A stretch of DNA of 41,498 bases from Chitinophagales bacterium (GCA_019694955.1 JAIBAX010000043.1:1-41498); one strand, 5' to 3'; numbered from the stretch's first letter, positions 17,491-28,118 are shown. Numbers and translations: made by a program. Notes: generated by a model not told the origin, from the sequence alone.

Positions 17491-18489
17491 TTACAATCCC
17501 AACAAAAACCCAATCGTAAAATTGGCGTCCCAGTCGAATACAAACTCGGTACAACCTGTTTCTTCGCGGATGGTTTTGTATATGCCTAATCCAGATTTTT
17601 GCTTTTCTCCTTGTGCTGTATAGCTGTCTGGTGCTTTTAAGACGGTATATCTTTCTTTGCCATTTCTGCTTTGCTTGGCTAATTCGAAAGGAATACCGCC
17701 AATAATAAAGCAGGTTTGGCTATTGGAGGCGGGAATTTTAGCTGCTTGCTCGCGTACTTGAGGTAGTGCGACATCTGCAGACATTTTTTCGAAAAACTTA
17801 CTTCCTGGTGCTTCAAGTCCAGTTGTTGAGCCGCCGCTCATCCAAGAGATTTTCGTATTGCCGGAGCCGATATCTACCACAAAGGCCTTGTTTTGGTACG
17901 CTTTTGGCAGGACGCAATTTAAGGCGAGTTTGCCTTCTTGCTGTGGTGTTACCTCGTTTACTACATAACCCATTCCTTTTAGATTAGTGATGATTTTTCC
18001 GGTGACTTCAGCTTTTTTGGCACCACTGCTGATGACGAAATGTATGTTCTTACCACTAACGCCGAAGGCCAGCATTTCAGCGATATACTTCTTCAATCCC
18101 GCCCTGATATCATCATCTGTCGCCATGTTTTCATATACTAGAGATGCGCCATAATCTGCTTTTTCCAATTTCCAGTTTTTGTTGCCGTCGATGCGGACGA
18201 TAAATGAATTAAATCCGGTAGCGCCAAGCTCTACAACGCCCTTTAATGTACCATTTATAGGTTCCGGTGCAGTATATGTAAAGGTGGATGAAGTGGCTTC
18301 AGTCACCTCTTCAACGTTTTCTGTTGCTTCGGTCACTTCTTCAACTGTAGAAGTTTGAGAAGTACTTGTTTCGGTGTTTACCTTCTTGGCATCCAGTTTT
18401 GGCGCAATAAACTTCTTGAAACCAAAAAACAGACCCAAACAAACCAACGCAACAATTAATATTCTCGAAAATGGTGTTAAACGACTCAT
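17491..18489 (-). CDS. Membrane-anchored phosphatase of the Ppx/GppA or NTPDase type (ASKHA superfamily), with an acidic Ser/Thr-rich linker
   Basis: N-terminal TM helix; repeat linker VEEVTEATENVEEVTEATSS; VVELGATGFNSFIVRI and AFVVDIGSGNTKIS resemble the two phosphate-binding motifs of Ppx/GppA/CD39-type enzymes. Confidence 0.5.
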   Translation of the reverse strand: MSRLTPFSRILIVALVCLGLFFGFKKFIAPKLDAKKVNTETSTSQTSTVEEVTEATENVEEVTEATSSTFTYTAPEPINGTLKGVVELGATGFNSFIVRIDGNKNWKLEKADYGASLVYENMATDDDIRAGLKKYIAEMLAFGVSGKNIHFVISSGAKKAEVTGKIITNLKGMGYVVNEVTPQQEGKLALNCVLPKAYQNKAFVVDIGSGNTKISWMSGGSTTGLEAPGSKFFEKMSADVALPQVREQAAKIPASNSQTCFIIGGIPFELAKQSRNGKERYTVLKAPDSYTAQGEKQKSGLGIYKTIREETGCTEFVFDWDANFTIGFLLGL

Positions 18490-18598
18490 ATATTAAAATT
18501 TGATGTAAATATATAGTTTTTTGAAAAAGGAGTATGCAAAAAATCCTGACAGGTTTCCAAAACCTGTCAGGATTGGAAGTTCTTAATCGGTATACGTA

Positions 18599-20425
18599 TT
18601 AGAAGCAATATCCGTCAGCCGCCAATACTGTTTTGGCGATTGCTCTTCTAAGTTCTTTTGGATTGACATCATATGATTCTGTCAATACTTCCAATAGTTT
18701 GGTGACGATTGTTTTCTCAGCACCGGTTGCATAACTGGCAATGGCATCATTACCTGCTTTACGCACTTTTGCCAGGGCTTCGTACAGATACAATTGTAAT
18801 ATTTTCTTCTTCGTATCTAAATGCTCTTGGTTGAGTGACTTGTTTTCTGTGAGTTTTTTGATCCTCAGCAATAGCGATTCTGCAATAAATGACTCAGCGA
18901 GAATATCTGCCAAGTTCATAACAATCTCTTGCTCGTCTACCAATTTGAGTTTCAGTTTACGTCCTGCTGCACCTGAAATAAGGATAAACGCCTTTTTCAA
19001 GTTTTCAACGATGGCTTCTTCTTTGCCAAACTTTCCGGATTTTGGTATCGGCAACCACTCTTTTAATAACTGTGCCGGGATTTCTTTACCTGCTTTGTTG
19101 AGGTCAACTTCTTTGGTTTTGAAAGCTCTTTTCATCAACTCGCCTACTGAAAGCATGCGGTTGATTTCGTTGGTGCCTTCATAAATCCGTGTAATTCTGG
19201 CGTCTCTATAACCCATTTCAACACCGGTTTCCATACTATAACCCATACCGCCATATACTTGAATGGCCTCATCTACGGCATAGGAAACCGCTTCTGATCC
19301 GGCAACTTTTAGGATGGCACATTCTACTGCGTACTCACGAATGGCTTTTTGTTTAGCGTCATTGTTAGACATTCCGGCATCTTTCAGTTCATGATACTTC
19401 TGATCGACCATTTTTCCAACCCTATACAATGCCGATTCTACCGCAAAAGCACGGGTAGCCATTTCGCCAATTTTATATTGTATCGCACCAAATTCTGCAA
19501 TAGGTTTGTCGAACTGGAATCTTTGGTTGGCATATTGTGCTGATTGGGTGGCAGCAAACTTACAACCGCCAATGCTGCCGGCTGCCAATTTGATGCGTCC
19601 TGTATTTAAAATATTCAACGCCATTTTAAAACCATCACCTCTCCCACCGAGTAAGTTTTCCTTTGGGACAGGGCAGTTGTTAAAAAACAATTGCACGGTT
19701 GAGGACGCTTTTATGCCCAATTTTTTCTCTTCTTTACCGATTTCAATACCACCGAAATTCTTCTCCACGATGAATGCAGAAAGGTCTTCATCATTTTCTA
19801 TTTTGGCAAAAACGACAAATACGTCTGCAAACCCACCATTGGTAATCCACATTTTTTGACCGTTAATGATGAAATCGCCTTCCGGTGTGATGGTAGCACG
19901 TGTTTTTCCACTATTGGCATCGGAACCTGCAGAAGGTTCTGTAAGCGCATACGCCGCCTTGATCTCACCACTGGCTACACCCGGTAAATATTTTTGCTTT
20001 TGTTCTTCTGTACCATAATATGCTATAGGAAGAGAACCAATAGAAGTTTGTGCGCCAATGGTAGTTGCAAAACTAAATCCCAACGCTATCGCCTCAGAAA
20101 ATATCAACCCTGTATTGAAGTCTAACCCCAATCCTCCATATTGTTCATCGATAGAAACTCCACAAATACCTAGTTCGGCGGCTTTATGGAAGATTTCCAA
20201 AATCAAGTCCATGTCTTTAGATGCATCCATCATGGCGGCACGTTCAATACCAAGACCATGTATTTCTTTAAGGCAAAATTCCTTTACCATTTCAGCAATA
20301 CTTTTTTGTTCTTCCGTAAATTCTTCCGGAACAAAAATATCTTTAGGCGAGGTGTCATTTGTAATGAAATAACCACCCTTTAACCATTTCTTTCCCTCAA
20401 CAGGTTTATTAGATTGTACAGACAT
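18599..20425 (-). CDS. Acyl-CoA dehydrogenase (long form with C-terminal extension). The ORF-track start at 20443 is TTG; the ATG at 20425 (MSVQSNKP) is more likely.
   Basis: Acyl-CoA dehydrogenase N-terminal, middle and C-terminal domains: AYALTEPSAGSD, MWITNGG, YEGTNEINRMLS. Confidence 0.85.
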   Translation of the reverse strand: MSVQSNKPVEGKKWLKGGYFITNDTSPKDIFVPEEFTEEQKSIAEMVKEFCLKEIHGLGIERAAMMDASKDMDLILEIFHKAAELGICGVSIDEQYGGLGLDFNTGLIFSEAIALGFSFATTIGAQTSIGSLPIAYYGTEEQKQKYLPGVASGEIKAAYALTEPSAGSDANSGKTRATITPEGDFIINGQKMWITNGGFADVFVVFAKIENDEDLSAFIVEKNFGGIEIGKEEKKLGIKASSTVQLFFNNCPVPKENLLGGRGDGFKMALNILNTGRIKLAAGSIGGCKFAATQSAQYANQRFQFDKPIAEFGAIQYKIGEMATRAFAVESALYRVGKMVDQKYHELKDAGMSNNDAKQKAIREYAVECAILKVAGSEAVSYAVDEAIQVYGGMGYSMETGVEMGYRDARITRIYEGTNEINRMLSVGELMKRAFKTKEVDLNKAGKEIPAQLLKEWLPIPKSGKFGKEEAIVENLKKAFILISGAAGRKLKLKLVDEQEIVMNLADILAESFIAESLLLRIKKLTENKSLNQEHLDTKKKILQLYLYEALAKVRKAGNDAIASYATGAEKTIVTKLLEVLTESYDVNPKELRRAIAKTVLAADGYCF

Positions 20426-20504
20426 GATATAAATTTTATGCAAAGTTATATTTTAAATGCATGCATTGCAATTATTGGGTTTTATGAAAATATTATGAAA
20501 ATTC

Positions 20505-21045
20505 CTTGTGGGAATTTGGAGATGTGAAGATTTGAAAATGTGGAAATTTGGAGATGTTAAAATTCGTGCATTCGTGGCAGAAAAAATCACAGTTGATGGT
20601 TTAAAAACAGTCAAAGGGCAATAGTCAATGGTTCACCGTCGCAATACGCAATACGAATATCGCTGTACTAAAAAGGTTCACAGTGGTCAGTTCACAGACA
20701 TTTGGGAATGTGAGGATTTGAAAATTTGAAGATGTAGGCTCCTGCTGCTAATGACTTAAAAACTTAACCAATGTCGAAATACGAATTTCTCTATACTAAA
20801 AATCGTGTATCTCATTGTGCGCGCTGTGGTTGAAATTCTTTACAATGGACTGTTCAGAAATGGTCGCAAATAACGTCGCAATACGCAATACGAATATCGC
20901 TGTACTAAAAAAGGAGATGTTAAAATTCGTGCATTCGTGGCAAAAAGCATACGAATTGACAGTATTGTTCATGGAAGATTTGAGAATGTAAAGATGGGCA
21001 TACAATTCTCAATACTAATTTCTCAAAACTAAGTACGATTTTCAC
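20505..21045. repeat. Non-coding divergent intergenic region carrying three interspersed direct-repeat families (A 30 bp x2, B ~37 bp x2 plus 2 degenerate copies, C ~18 bp x3)
   Basis: A: GGAGATGTTAAAATTCGTGCATTCGTGGCA at ~20550 and ~20913. B: GTCGCAATACGCAATACGAATATCGCTGTACTAAAAA at ~20638 and ~20875, with degenerate copies at ~20773 and ~21003. C: TGTGARGATTTGAAAAT at ~20523 and ~20709, with a variant at ~20964. Confidence 0.7.
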
Positions 21046-21074
21046 TATATTTCCGAACAATAAACCGTCATACT

Positions 21075-21590
21075 ATGAATAAATATATTGCCTTTTTGCG
21101 AGGGATCAATGTTTCGGGTAAGCACCTGATTAAAATGGATGAGTTGAAGGGGCTTTTTGAGGAAATGGGTTTTACTGCTGTAAAAACCTATATCCAAAGT
21201 GGCAATATTCTCTTTTATAGTGATCATATGGATAAAAAAGATGTGGAAGGTACCATCGAAGCAGGCATTGCGACAAGATTCAATATGACCGTTCCGGCTA
21301 TTGTTCTTTCTGCGCAAGCGTTAGAAAGCTATTTAGAACAAAATCCTTACAAGGATGCACCTTCCGGAACTTTGTATTTTACCTTTTGTAAAGACATGCC
21401 TACCGCAGCGTTGAGCAGGGCGTTTTCTGATGAAGATGATAAATTTATGCAAAAGGATACCGTTATTTATTTACATATTCCAAATGGTTATGGGCGTACG
21501 AAATTGAACAATCAGTTTTTTGAGTCAAAGTTAAAAGTCATTTGTACAACGAGAAATATGCAGACGTGTAGGAAAATGTTGGATTTGTAA
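21075..21590 (+). CDS. DUF1697 family protein
   Basis: MNKYIAFLRGINVSGKHLIKMDELKGLFEEMGFTAVKTYIQSGNILF is the characteristic DUF1697 N-terminus. Confidence 0.7.
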   Translation: MNKYIAFLRGINVSGKHLIKMDELKGLFEEMGFTAVKTYIQSGNILFYSDHMDKKDVEGTIEAGIATRFNMTVPAIVLSAQALESYLEQNPYKDAPSGTLYFTFCKDMPTAALSRAFSDEDDKFMQKDTVIYLHIPNGYGRTKLNNQFFESKLKVICTTRNMQTCRKMLDL

Positions 21591-21672
21591 TTTTCCCAAG
21601 TTGCAACGTTAATTTATTATGAACAAGGAATTTAATTTTTCTATTACAGAAAACCTTTTTACCTTTGCCCCC

Positions 21673-21757
21673 GGAGAGATGGCAGAGTGGTCGATTGCGG
21701 CGGTCTTGAAAACCGTTGACTGTTAAAGGTCCGGGGGTTCGAATCCCTCTCTCTCCG
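21673..21757 (+). tRNA. tRNA-Ser (anticodon TGA), long variable arm, CCA not encoded
   Basis: Acceptor GGAGAGA/TCTCTCC, anticodon loop CTTGAAA, T-arm GGGGG-TTCGAAT-CCCTC, discriminator G. Closely resembles bacterial tRNA-Ser(UGA). The overlapping ORFs 21538..21879 and 21716..21904 are artefacts. Confidence 0.85.
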
Positions 21758-21803
21758 CTAAAATCTCTTCCTTCTCCTCGCAACACCAGATTTTTCAAGA
21801 AAA

Positions 21804-22901
21804 TTATAAGGCAGCATAAATTTCTAACAGCTTTTTTTCCTCTTTTTCCCAGCACAGTTCTTTTTTGGCTATTTGACAATTTGTACGTATCAAGTGATAG
21901 GTGAATTTGTTGTTCATCAATTCTTTAACTGCTGAAACAATAGTGGCGGCTTCTAAATCTTTTACCAAAATACAGGTTTCATATGCCTCTGCAATCTTTC
22001 GGTACTCAGGAAAGTCAATGCAAATCGAGGGTACTTCCGCCTGAATATAATCAAATGTCTTATTGCCCAAAGAGTAATAATAACTTTTACTTGAATTATA
22101 TTTTAATAAATTAATTGTAATCAATGAATTATATGTTATTTCTTTAAGTTTTAAATAAGATATATTCCCTAGAAAATGTACTTTGTCTTCTATTCTTAAA
22201 TGCTTCGCCAAGGCTTTGAGCTTGTCTGCAATATCCCCACTTCCGGCAAGATACAGTGGTAAGGGAATTTGTTTCATAGCTACCAACAACTCCTCCAAAC
22301 CGCGACCTTCATTCAATGCACCTTGATATAGTAGGTATTTCCCATTGTTTTCATTTCTTTCAGGGCTGTAATAAGGCAAGTTTCGAATGACGCTTACTTC
22401 TCTTTTGTACGCCTGGCTCAATATTTCTGCGATAGATTCGGTAACTGTGTAGCATGAATCACAGTATTGCATGGCGAGTGCTTCAATTTGCTGCCAAAAA
22501 TGTTTGAGTTTAGGTCTATGCGTGATTTCCGGACTTTCGGGAAAGTACTCGTGCGCATCATACACCACTTTAATTCTTTTTATCTTCCCGACCAGCAGGC
22601 AAGGCAAAATAGTGTCTAAGTCAACCGCACAAATGATATCTGCTCGTTTAAATAATAAAGTAAAAAAAAGCTGAACATTTAATAAGGTATAAAACAAAAA
22701 ACCTTTATTAAACAATATATTTAAATAAATTGTTTTAAATAATTGATTGTCAATATTTAATTTATTATTACTTAATTTTCCAATTAAACATACTTCATAT
22801 CCATTTTTTTGCAAACTATTACAAATTCGATGCATCCTTTGGTCGGTACCCAAATCGTTACTCACTGTACACAGTATACGTTTAGACTTTGGAGATTTCA
22901 T
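21804..22901 (-). CDS. Glycosyltransferase family 4 (GT-B fold)
   Basis: The C-terminal half (YQGALNEGRGLEELL...LYLAGSGD...VHFLGN) is typical of GT1/GT4 enzymes. It overlaps recQ by 20 bp. Confidence 0.7.
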   Translation of the reverse strand: MKSPKSKRILCTVSNDLGTDQRMHRICNSLQKNGYEVCLIGKLSNNKLNIDNQLFKTIYLNILFNKGFLFYTLLNVQLFFTLLFKRADIICAVDLDTILPCLLVGKIKRIKVVYDAHEYFPESPEITHRPKLKHFWQQIEALAMQYCDSCYTVTESIAEILSQAYKREVSVIRNLPYYSPERNENNGKYLLYQGALNEGRGLEELLVAMKQIPLPLYLAGSGDIADKLKALAKHLRIEDKVHFLGNISYLKLKEITYNSLITINLLKYNSSKSYYYSLGNKTFDYIQAEVPSICIDFPEYRKIAEAYETCILVKDLEAATIVSAVKELMNNKFTYHLIRTNCQIAKKELCWEKEEKKLLEIYAAL

Positions 22902-24783
22902 TTTTGGAATTTATTTTCAGTTGTTGCTCATCTAAAAGAAACCGTAAAGTGGTTAAAAAATCTTGCTTGGTATAATGGCCATCTACTTTTGCCAATAAAT
23001 CATCCAATGTTAAAGCAGACGTACCAATTATTTGGAAAATTGCATCTTCGATGCACTTCCACGAGGTATTTTGGTTCTTTCGTTTTTCAATGCAATGATC
23101 ACATTTTCCGCAGGGCAATGGATTTTTTTCTCCAAAATATTGTGCGATATATACTTGTCGACAAATTTCTTCTTGTGTGATATAGCCTATCATTGCTTCT
23201 ACCCTATCTACAACGGCAGCTTTTCTCTGCACTTGTCTTTTAACATCCAGTCTTAAATCTTCTGCCACTACCCGACCACGCAAAAAAGTAATATGTGGTT
23301 CGTCATTACTCATATTGTACCGCAACATGTTTTGCTTGCTCAACAAAATCAGTAAGTTCTTCACTTCTGCCTCACTTATTTTGAGCTTTCTACCCAAGAA
23401 AGACTCATTGATTTTGATATAACCTTCTAAAATGCCTCCATAGGTACGTAGGAGTAGCTTTAATAATGGCTCATGCTTAGGATTTTCCACCTGATATTTG
23501 TACAAGACCGATTTTTGAGCGATTATTTTTACCCTGGAGGGCAGCCAAACGCCTTCACTTAAACTTAAAAATCCTTCATCTTCCAACAATTTCAGGCTAT
23601 AGTACACTTGCTGTTGTTGAAGGTGAAAGACCCTGCAAAATTCGGTTATTTCAAAGGGATAAGTCATCATCTCACCGGAATGAACCGCTACCTGCAAATA
23701 ATTGCATAGTGCATTATAGGTAGTTTTAATAACATCATGTGGCGGAAACAATTGTGTTACATTCTTTCTAAGTTGCTGAATATCTGTCTGTTTATATAAT
23801 GCGACAGCGTAAGCCAACTTGCCATCGCGTCCGGCACGTCCGGCTTCCTGATAATAAGCTTCGAGGCTGTCTGGTAAGTCCATGTGTACCACTACCCGCA
23901 CATCCGGCTTGTCGATGCCCATGCCGAAAGCATTGGTGCAACTCATTATACTGGTTTCGCCTTTTATCCAACTATCTTGGCGCTTACTTCTTTCTTGTGC
24001 TTTTAATCCGGCATGGTAGAAGCTGCTGTTGATGTTATTTTTTTTAAGGAAATCTGTAATTTCCTCTGTTTTCTTGCGGTTTCGGGTATATATGAGTCCA
24101 CTTCCTTTCGTTTTTTGAACAATTTCCAAGAGTTTGACGGATTTGGCTTCCTCATTTCTACAAATGAAGGAAATATTGTCTCGCAGGAATGATTTTGAAA
24201 ACAGCAGCGGTTGCCGGAACGCTAATTTTTCCATGATGTCCTGCTGTACATTCGGTGTTGCGGAAGCGGTAAGGGCGATGGTTGGACAAGGGTTAATGAT
24301 TTTTTTGATAGCAGCAATCTCGAGATAAGTCGGTCTGAAATCATAACCCCATTGCGAGATACAGTGTGCCTCATCAACCGCCAATAGTCCAATGTTCATT
24401 TGTTTGATGCGGGTGAGAAACCATTCACTTTTAAGCCGCTCCGGGCTGACATACAAGAATTTATACCACCCAAACTGCGCATTGTCCAGAATGGTTTCCA
24501 TTTCATGGTTGCTGAGTCCGGTGAATAAAGCGCCGGCTTTAATTTTTCTGTTTTTGAGTTGTAACACCTGGTCTTTCATGAGTGCAATGAGTGGCGAAAT
24601 TACCAGACACAGCCCTTCACGTAGCATGGCAGGCACTTGAAAGCATACGGACTTTCCGCCTCCGGTTGGTAAGATTGCCAGTACGTCTTTATCTTCCAAT
24701 ACCGCTTGTATGATGTCTTCTTGCGGTGTTCGGAATGTATCATATCCCCAGTATTGTTTTAATATTTCCTTAGGTGTGGACAT
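22882..24783 (-). CDS. recQ: ATP-dependent DNA helicase RecQ
   Basis: YWGYDTFRTPQEDII, LPTGGGKS, VDEAHCISQWGYDFRP, RecQ-C zinc-binding region CGKCDHC, HRDC-like C-terminus. Confidence 0.9.
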   Translation of the reverse strand: MSTPKEILKQYWGYDTFRTPQEDIIQAVLEDKDVLAILPTGGGKSVCFQVPAMLREGLCLVISPLIALMKDQVLQLKNRKIKAGALFTGLSNHEMETILDNAQFGWYKFLYVSPERLKSEWFLTRIKQMNIGLLAVDEAHCISQWGYDFRPTYLEIAAIKKIINPCPTIALTASATPNVQQDIMEKLAFRQPLLFSKSFLRDNISFICRNEEAKSVKLLEIVQKTKGSGLIYTRNRKKTEEITDFLKKNNINSSFYHAGLKAQERSKRQDSWIKGETSIMSCTNAFGMGIDKPDVRVVVHMDLPDSLEAYYQEAGRAGRDGKLAYAVALYKQTDIQQLRKNVTQLFPPHDVIKTTYNALCNYLQVAVHSGEMMTYPFEITEFCRVFHLQQQQVYYSLKLLEDEGFLSLSEGVWLPSRVKIIAQKSVLYKYQVENPKHEPLLKLLLRTYGGILEGYIKINESFLGRKLKISEAEVKNLLILLSKQNMLRYNMSNDEPHITFLRGRVVAEDLRLDVKRQVQRKAAVVDRVEAMIGYITQEEICRQVYIAQYFGEKNPLPCGKCDHCIEKRKNQNTSWKCIEDAIFQIIGTSALTLDDLLAKVDGHYTKQDFLTTLRFLLDEQQLKINSKNEISKV

Positions 24784-24832
24784 TTAAGAATAAAAACGTA
24801 AATTGTTTCCCAAAATAAACAAAAAAAATAAA

Positions 24833-25717
24833 ATGGAAAGCATAAAGCAGATAGCAGCTTCTGAGCTGATTCTCAATAGTGATGGCAGCGTATATCATTT
24901 ACATCTATTGCCGGGCGATATTGCCACGGATATCATTACTGTCGGCGATCCGGACAGGGTGCCGGAAGTGTCTAAGTACTTTGATAAGATTGAGTTGAAA
25001 AAGCAGAAGAGAGAAATCGTTACCCATACGGGTTATTATAAAGGAAAACGGATGACCGTTATTTCTACGGGAATGGGTACTGATAATATTGATATTGTTT
25101 TCAATGAGTTGGATGCCTTGGTCAATATCGACCTAAAAGAAAGGCGTGTGAAAGAAAACCTGACCTCGCTAAACTTGATTCGTGTAGGAACTTCCGGTAC
25201 GATTCGGGCAGAATTCGGTGTTGACACACATTTGGTCAGCGAATTTGGCGTTGGTTTAGATGGTTTAGGTGGGTTCTATTCTTTTGACAATACTGAGGAA
25301 GAAATCCTCATTAAAGATGCGGTGACAAAATGCCTCTCGGCAGACAATTTAGGCGTACAACCTTATGTCTGTAAGGTTTCACAAAAATTATATAACAGCA
25401 TCAATTTTGATATTTTTAATGGGATTACCGTCTCCAATGCAGGATTTTATGGTCCACAAGGGAGAACATTGCGGCTGACGCCAAAATCTGTGCATTTCAT
25501 CGATAAGTTGGCGGGTATGGATATTAATGGTCGCAGGATTACCAACTTAGAGATGGAAACTTCCGCCATGTATATGATGGCAAAAGCCATGGGACATCAC
25601 GCCATTTCTTTCAATGCCTTGCTGGCAAACAGGGCCACCGGAGACTTTACCAAGGATGCTGCCAGAACGGTAGATAGCCTTATTGAGAAGGTGTTGGAGT
25701 GGACATTAACATTATAA
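24833..25717 (+). CDS. Nucleoside phosphorylase (PNP/UDP family 1). The ATG at 24833 is preferred over the TTG at 24803.
   Basis: VGDPDRV...ISTGMGTDNIDIVFNEL and RVGTSG are typical of the uridine/purine phosphorylase fold. Confidence 0.65.
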   Translation: MESIKQIAASELILNSDGSVYHLHLLPGDIATDIITVGDPDRVPEVSKYFDKIELKKQKREIVTHTGYYKGKRMTVISTGMGTDNIDIVFNELDALVNIDLKERRVKENLTSLNLIRVGTSGTIRAEFGVDTHLVSEFGVGLDGLGGFYSFDNTEEEILIKDAVTKCLSADNLGVQPYVCKVSQKLYNSINFDIFNGITVSNAGFYGPQGRTLRLTPKSVHFIDKLAGMDINGRRITNLEMETSAMYMMAKAMGHHAISFNALLANRATGDFTKDAARTVDSLIEKVLEWTLTL

Positions 25718-25726
25718 ACAACCGTT

Positions 25727-26728
25727 ATGGATAAAGTACTTATTACCGGAATCTCGGGATTGATTGGCAACCATTTAGCGGAGTTGGTACTGGAACGCGG
25801 TACTTTTGCAATTCGGGGGCAGTATTTTAGTGCCAGAAATAAGGATATGTTTGCCGGAATGCCTGTAGAAATGGTGCAGGCGGATATTTGCAATCCGCAA
25901 GAATTGCAAGGCATTTGCGATGGCTGTCAGGTGGTGGTACACAGTGCTGCCAGGGTCATTGACCACGGAACAAAGAAGGATTTCTACCTCGCCCATGTGG
26001 ATGCCACGCATTTCATGTTAGAGGAAGCAGCAAAAAGTAAGGTGCAACATTTTATTTATATCAGTTCATTTGGACCGGCCACTTATCTCGATAGAACGAA
26101 CGGCCTTCCGGATGAAACGGTGCCTTTAAAAATGAGTGGTGTACATTATGATGATGCAAAAATTGTCGCCGAAAATATGGTGAAGACGTTCTGTGCGGAA
26201 CACGATATGCATTTTACGATTATAAGACCGGGTGCGGTCATTGGTCCGGATAGTGTTTGGGTTCGTGAGCCTTTGCTGCGGATGCACAAGGCGCCTGGCG
26301 TAGCACTCATCAATGGTGGCGTTGCCGATGCGTGCCTCATCGATGTGAGAAATATGGCAGACGGTATTTATAGAACGATGACCAACGAGGTGGCGCACGG
26401 ACAAACGTATTTCTTTGTAGACGACTATGGCGTAAACTGGAAGACTTTTATCAACGATGTTTTGGGCATCGTTGGGAAGGAAACTACGTTAAGTTTCCCT
26501 AAAGCCATCATTCTGCCAATTGCGCAGTTGCTGAATTTTATCCTGACACCGCTGGGAAAGAAACCGCCTTTCTCACCGAAAGCCATCATGGCATTGGGTT
26601 CCGATAGAAGGGTATCCACAGAAAAGGCGAAGCGAGAACTGGGTTGGAAAACTATTTACAGCTATAAAGAAAGCATGGATAATATTACCCGTTGGGTAGT
26701 GGCAAATAAGGAAAAGTTGGGGTATTGA
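25727..26728 (+). CDS. NAD-dependent epimerase/dehydratase (extended SDR family)
   Basis: N-terminal Rossmann motif ITGISGLIGNHL and the catalytic YxxxK region. Confidence 0.75.
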   Translation: MDKVLITGISGLIGNHLAELVLERGTFAIRGQYFSARNKDMFAGMPVEMVQADICNPQELQGICDGCQVVVHSAARVIDHGTKKDFYLAHVDATHFMLEEAAKSKVQHFIYISSFGPATYLDRTNGLPDETVPLKMSGVHYDDAKIVAENMVKTFCAEHDMHFTIIRPGAVIGPDSVWVREPLLRMHKAPGVALINGGVADACLIDVRNMADGIYRTMTNEVAHGQTYFFVDDYGVNWKTFINDVLGIVGKETTLSFPKAIILPIAQLLNFILTPLGKKPPFSPKAIMALGSDRRVSTEKAKRELGWKTIYSYKESMDNITRWVVANKEKLGY

Positions 26729-26913
26729 TGAAAAGTACGTTAGAGTAGAAGAGGGAAAATAGCATTGTATCACAAAGTTTCTCGAAGAAGGCACTAAGCA
26801 CCCAAAGTAGCCAAAACATAAAATGGAATGATGGATTTTATCAATAAACCGCAATAGGGATAGAGGAGCAACCGTGTGCGACGAAAGCCCGACACCCGAT
26901 AGGGTGGATTGCC

Positions 26914-28113
26914 CTATAACCTTGTGTCCAGTGTACTTTCCACTTCTTCCTGCATGATTCTTTTATAACACAAAAGCTTCATCAGGTAGTTTTCGGCATC
27001 TATCTTTCGATACGGTATCTTGATCATGTCGGCACTGATTTGCCAGTCGTTAATAGAGCATTCTAATTTTGCTTTTATGTTTCGGCGCTCCAGATAATAG
27101 TCATACTGGTCATTGAAGCGAATGCCGTATATCAACTGCAAATAATGGTTGTTTCTGACTTTAAATGCTGGTGGCAATTGCGGTATAAAGCATTTTTCGG
27201 GTTTTACCATAACACCTTCTAAGGAAGCATCGATTAACCCTTGATAAAAGGAGTAAGCATTTGGCATATTTTCTTCAAAACTGGCAGATGCCACTACAAA
27301 TTGTTTGTCATCGCTCACTTTTTCGAAAGCAGCGATATTATTGTTGGGAATCTCCTCTCTCCCATCCAGGAAAATGTATTTGAGGATGTTAAAGGGTTTA
27401 AAGTGCAATTCGCCTTCGCTACCAAACATTTGCAATTGCTGTTCAAAGAGTGCTATCGCTTGTGCATATTTTTCCAAATCTTCAACGAAAAAGTTTCTAA
27501 TACTCTCATACTGGCGAATGATATGATCCTTGTAGTGTTGCTTGATTTCTTTTGCAGCCATTTTGGCTGTATCAAGGATATACTTCAAATAAGGTTCTGA
27601 GCGTTTAACTTGTTCAATTTTACTTAGGAGGGTGCTGTTTTGTAAAAAATGCAGGTGGTGTTCATGGCTGTACAGATAACCTGCAAATTCTCTTTCAATA
27701 AGTCCTTTTCCTAGTGCACTCCAAGGCATCAATTCACTTTGAACAATCACCCAATCGCCATTATTTTCCCAGAAATCGGTGAACTTCTCGTGCAGCGGTT
27801 TGCATTTTAACCGTGCATCTTCCACATCGATATAAGAGATGTCGTGGCCATTTCTGCTGACGAAGTATGTTTTTTCAATATCCCTGTTCAGGTATATATC
27901 GCAGTACGAACCCATGTATTTGGGTTGTAGGGTAACCTTTTGTACGCCTCTGTCAAAGAAGTATCGAATGGCTTCTTCCAAAGACTCGATTTCGTTTTTT
28001 TGCTTATTTTTTGGCGCAGGACTGATGGTTGGACTAAAATGGTTACACTTTGTTTTACAAAACCAATCTATTCTATTTTCTAATCTTCTCAACTCTGCCG
28101 GACTTTTTTCCAT
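26914..28113 (-). CDS. Stand-alone ATP-dependent polynucleotide ligase-type nucleotidyltransferase. I predict it is the ligase component of a split Pnkp/Hen1-type RNA repair system.
   Basis: Covalent nucleotidyltransferase motif I variant VTLQPKYMGSYC (KxxG) and motif IV EGVMVKPEK. It sits 5 bp downstream of hen1 on the same strand. Confidence 0.55.
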   Translation of the reverse strand: MEKSPAELRRLENRIDWFCKTKCNHFSPTISPAPKNKQKNEIESLEEAIRYFFDRGVQKVTLQPKYMGSYCDIYLNRDIEKTYFVSRNGHDISYIDVEDARLKCKPLHEKFTDFWENNGDWVIVQSELMPWSALGKGLIEREFAGYLYSHEHHLHFLQNSTLLSKIEQVKRSEPYLKYILDTAKMAAKEIKQHYKDHIIRQYESIRNFFVEDLEKYAQAIALFEQQLQMFGSEGELHFKPFNILKYIFLDGREEIPNNNIAAFEKVSDDKQFVVASASFEENMPNAYSFYQGLIDASLEGVMVKPEKCFIPQLPPAFKVRNNHYLQLIYGIRFNDQYDYYLERRNIKAKLECSINDWQISADMIKIPYRKIDAENYLMKLLCYKRIMQEEVESTLDTRL

Positions 28114-28118
28114 AGTGG

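Noticed and set aside
20505-21045. Possible CRISPR array in the repeat-rich intergenic region
   Set aside because: The repeat units are of three different kinds, irregularly spaced and partly degenerate, with no uniform repeat-spacer periodicity. There are no cas genes in the window.
21538-21904. ORFs 21538..21879 (-) and 21716..21904 (+)
   Set aside because: They overlap a clear tRNA-Ser(TGA) gene and are artefacts.
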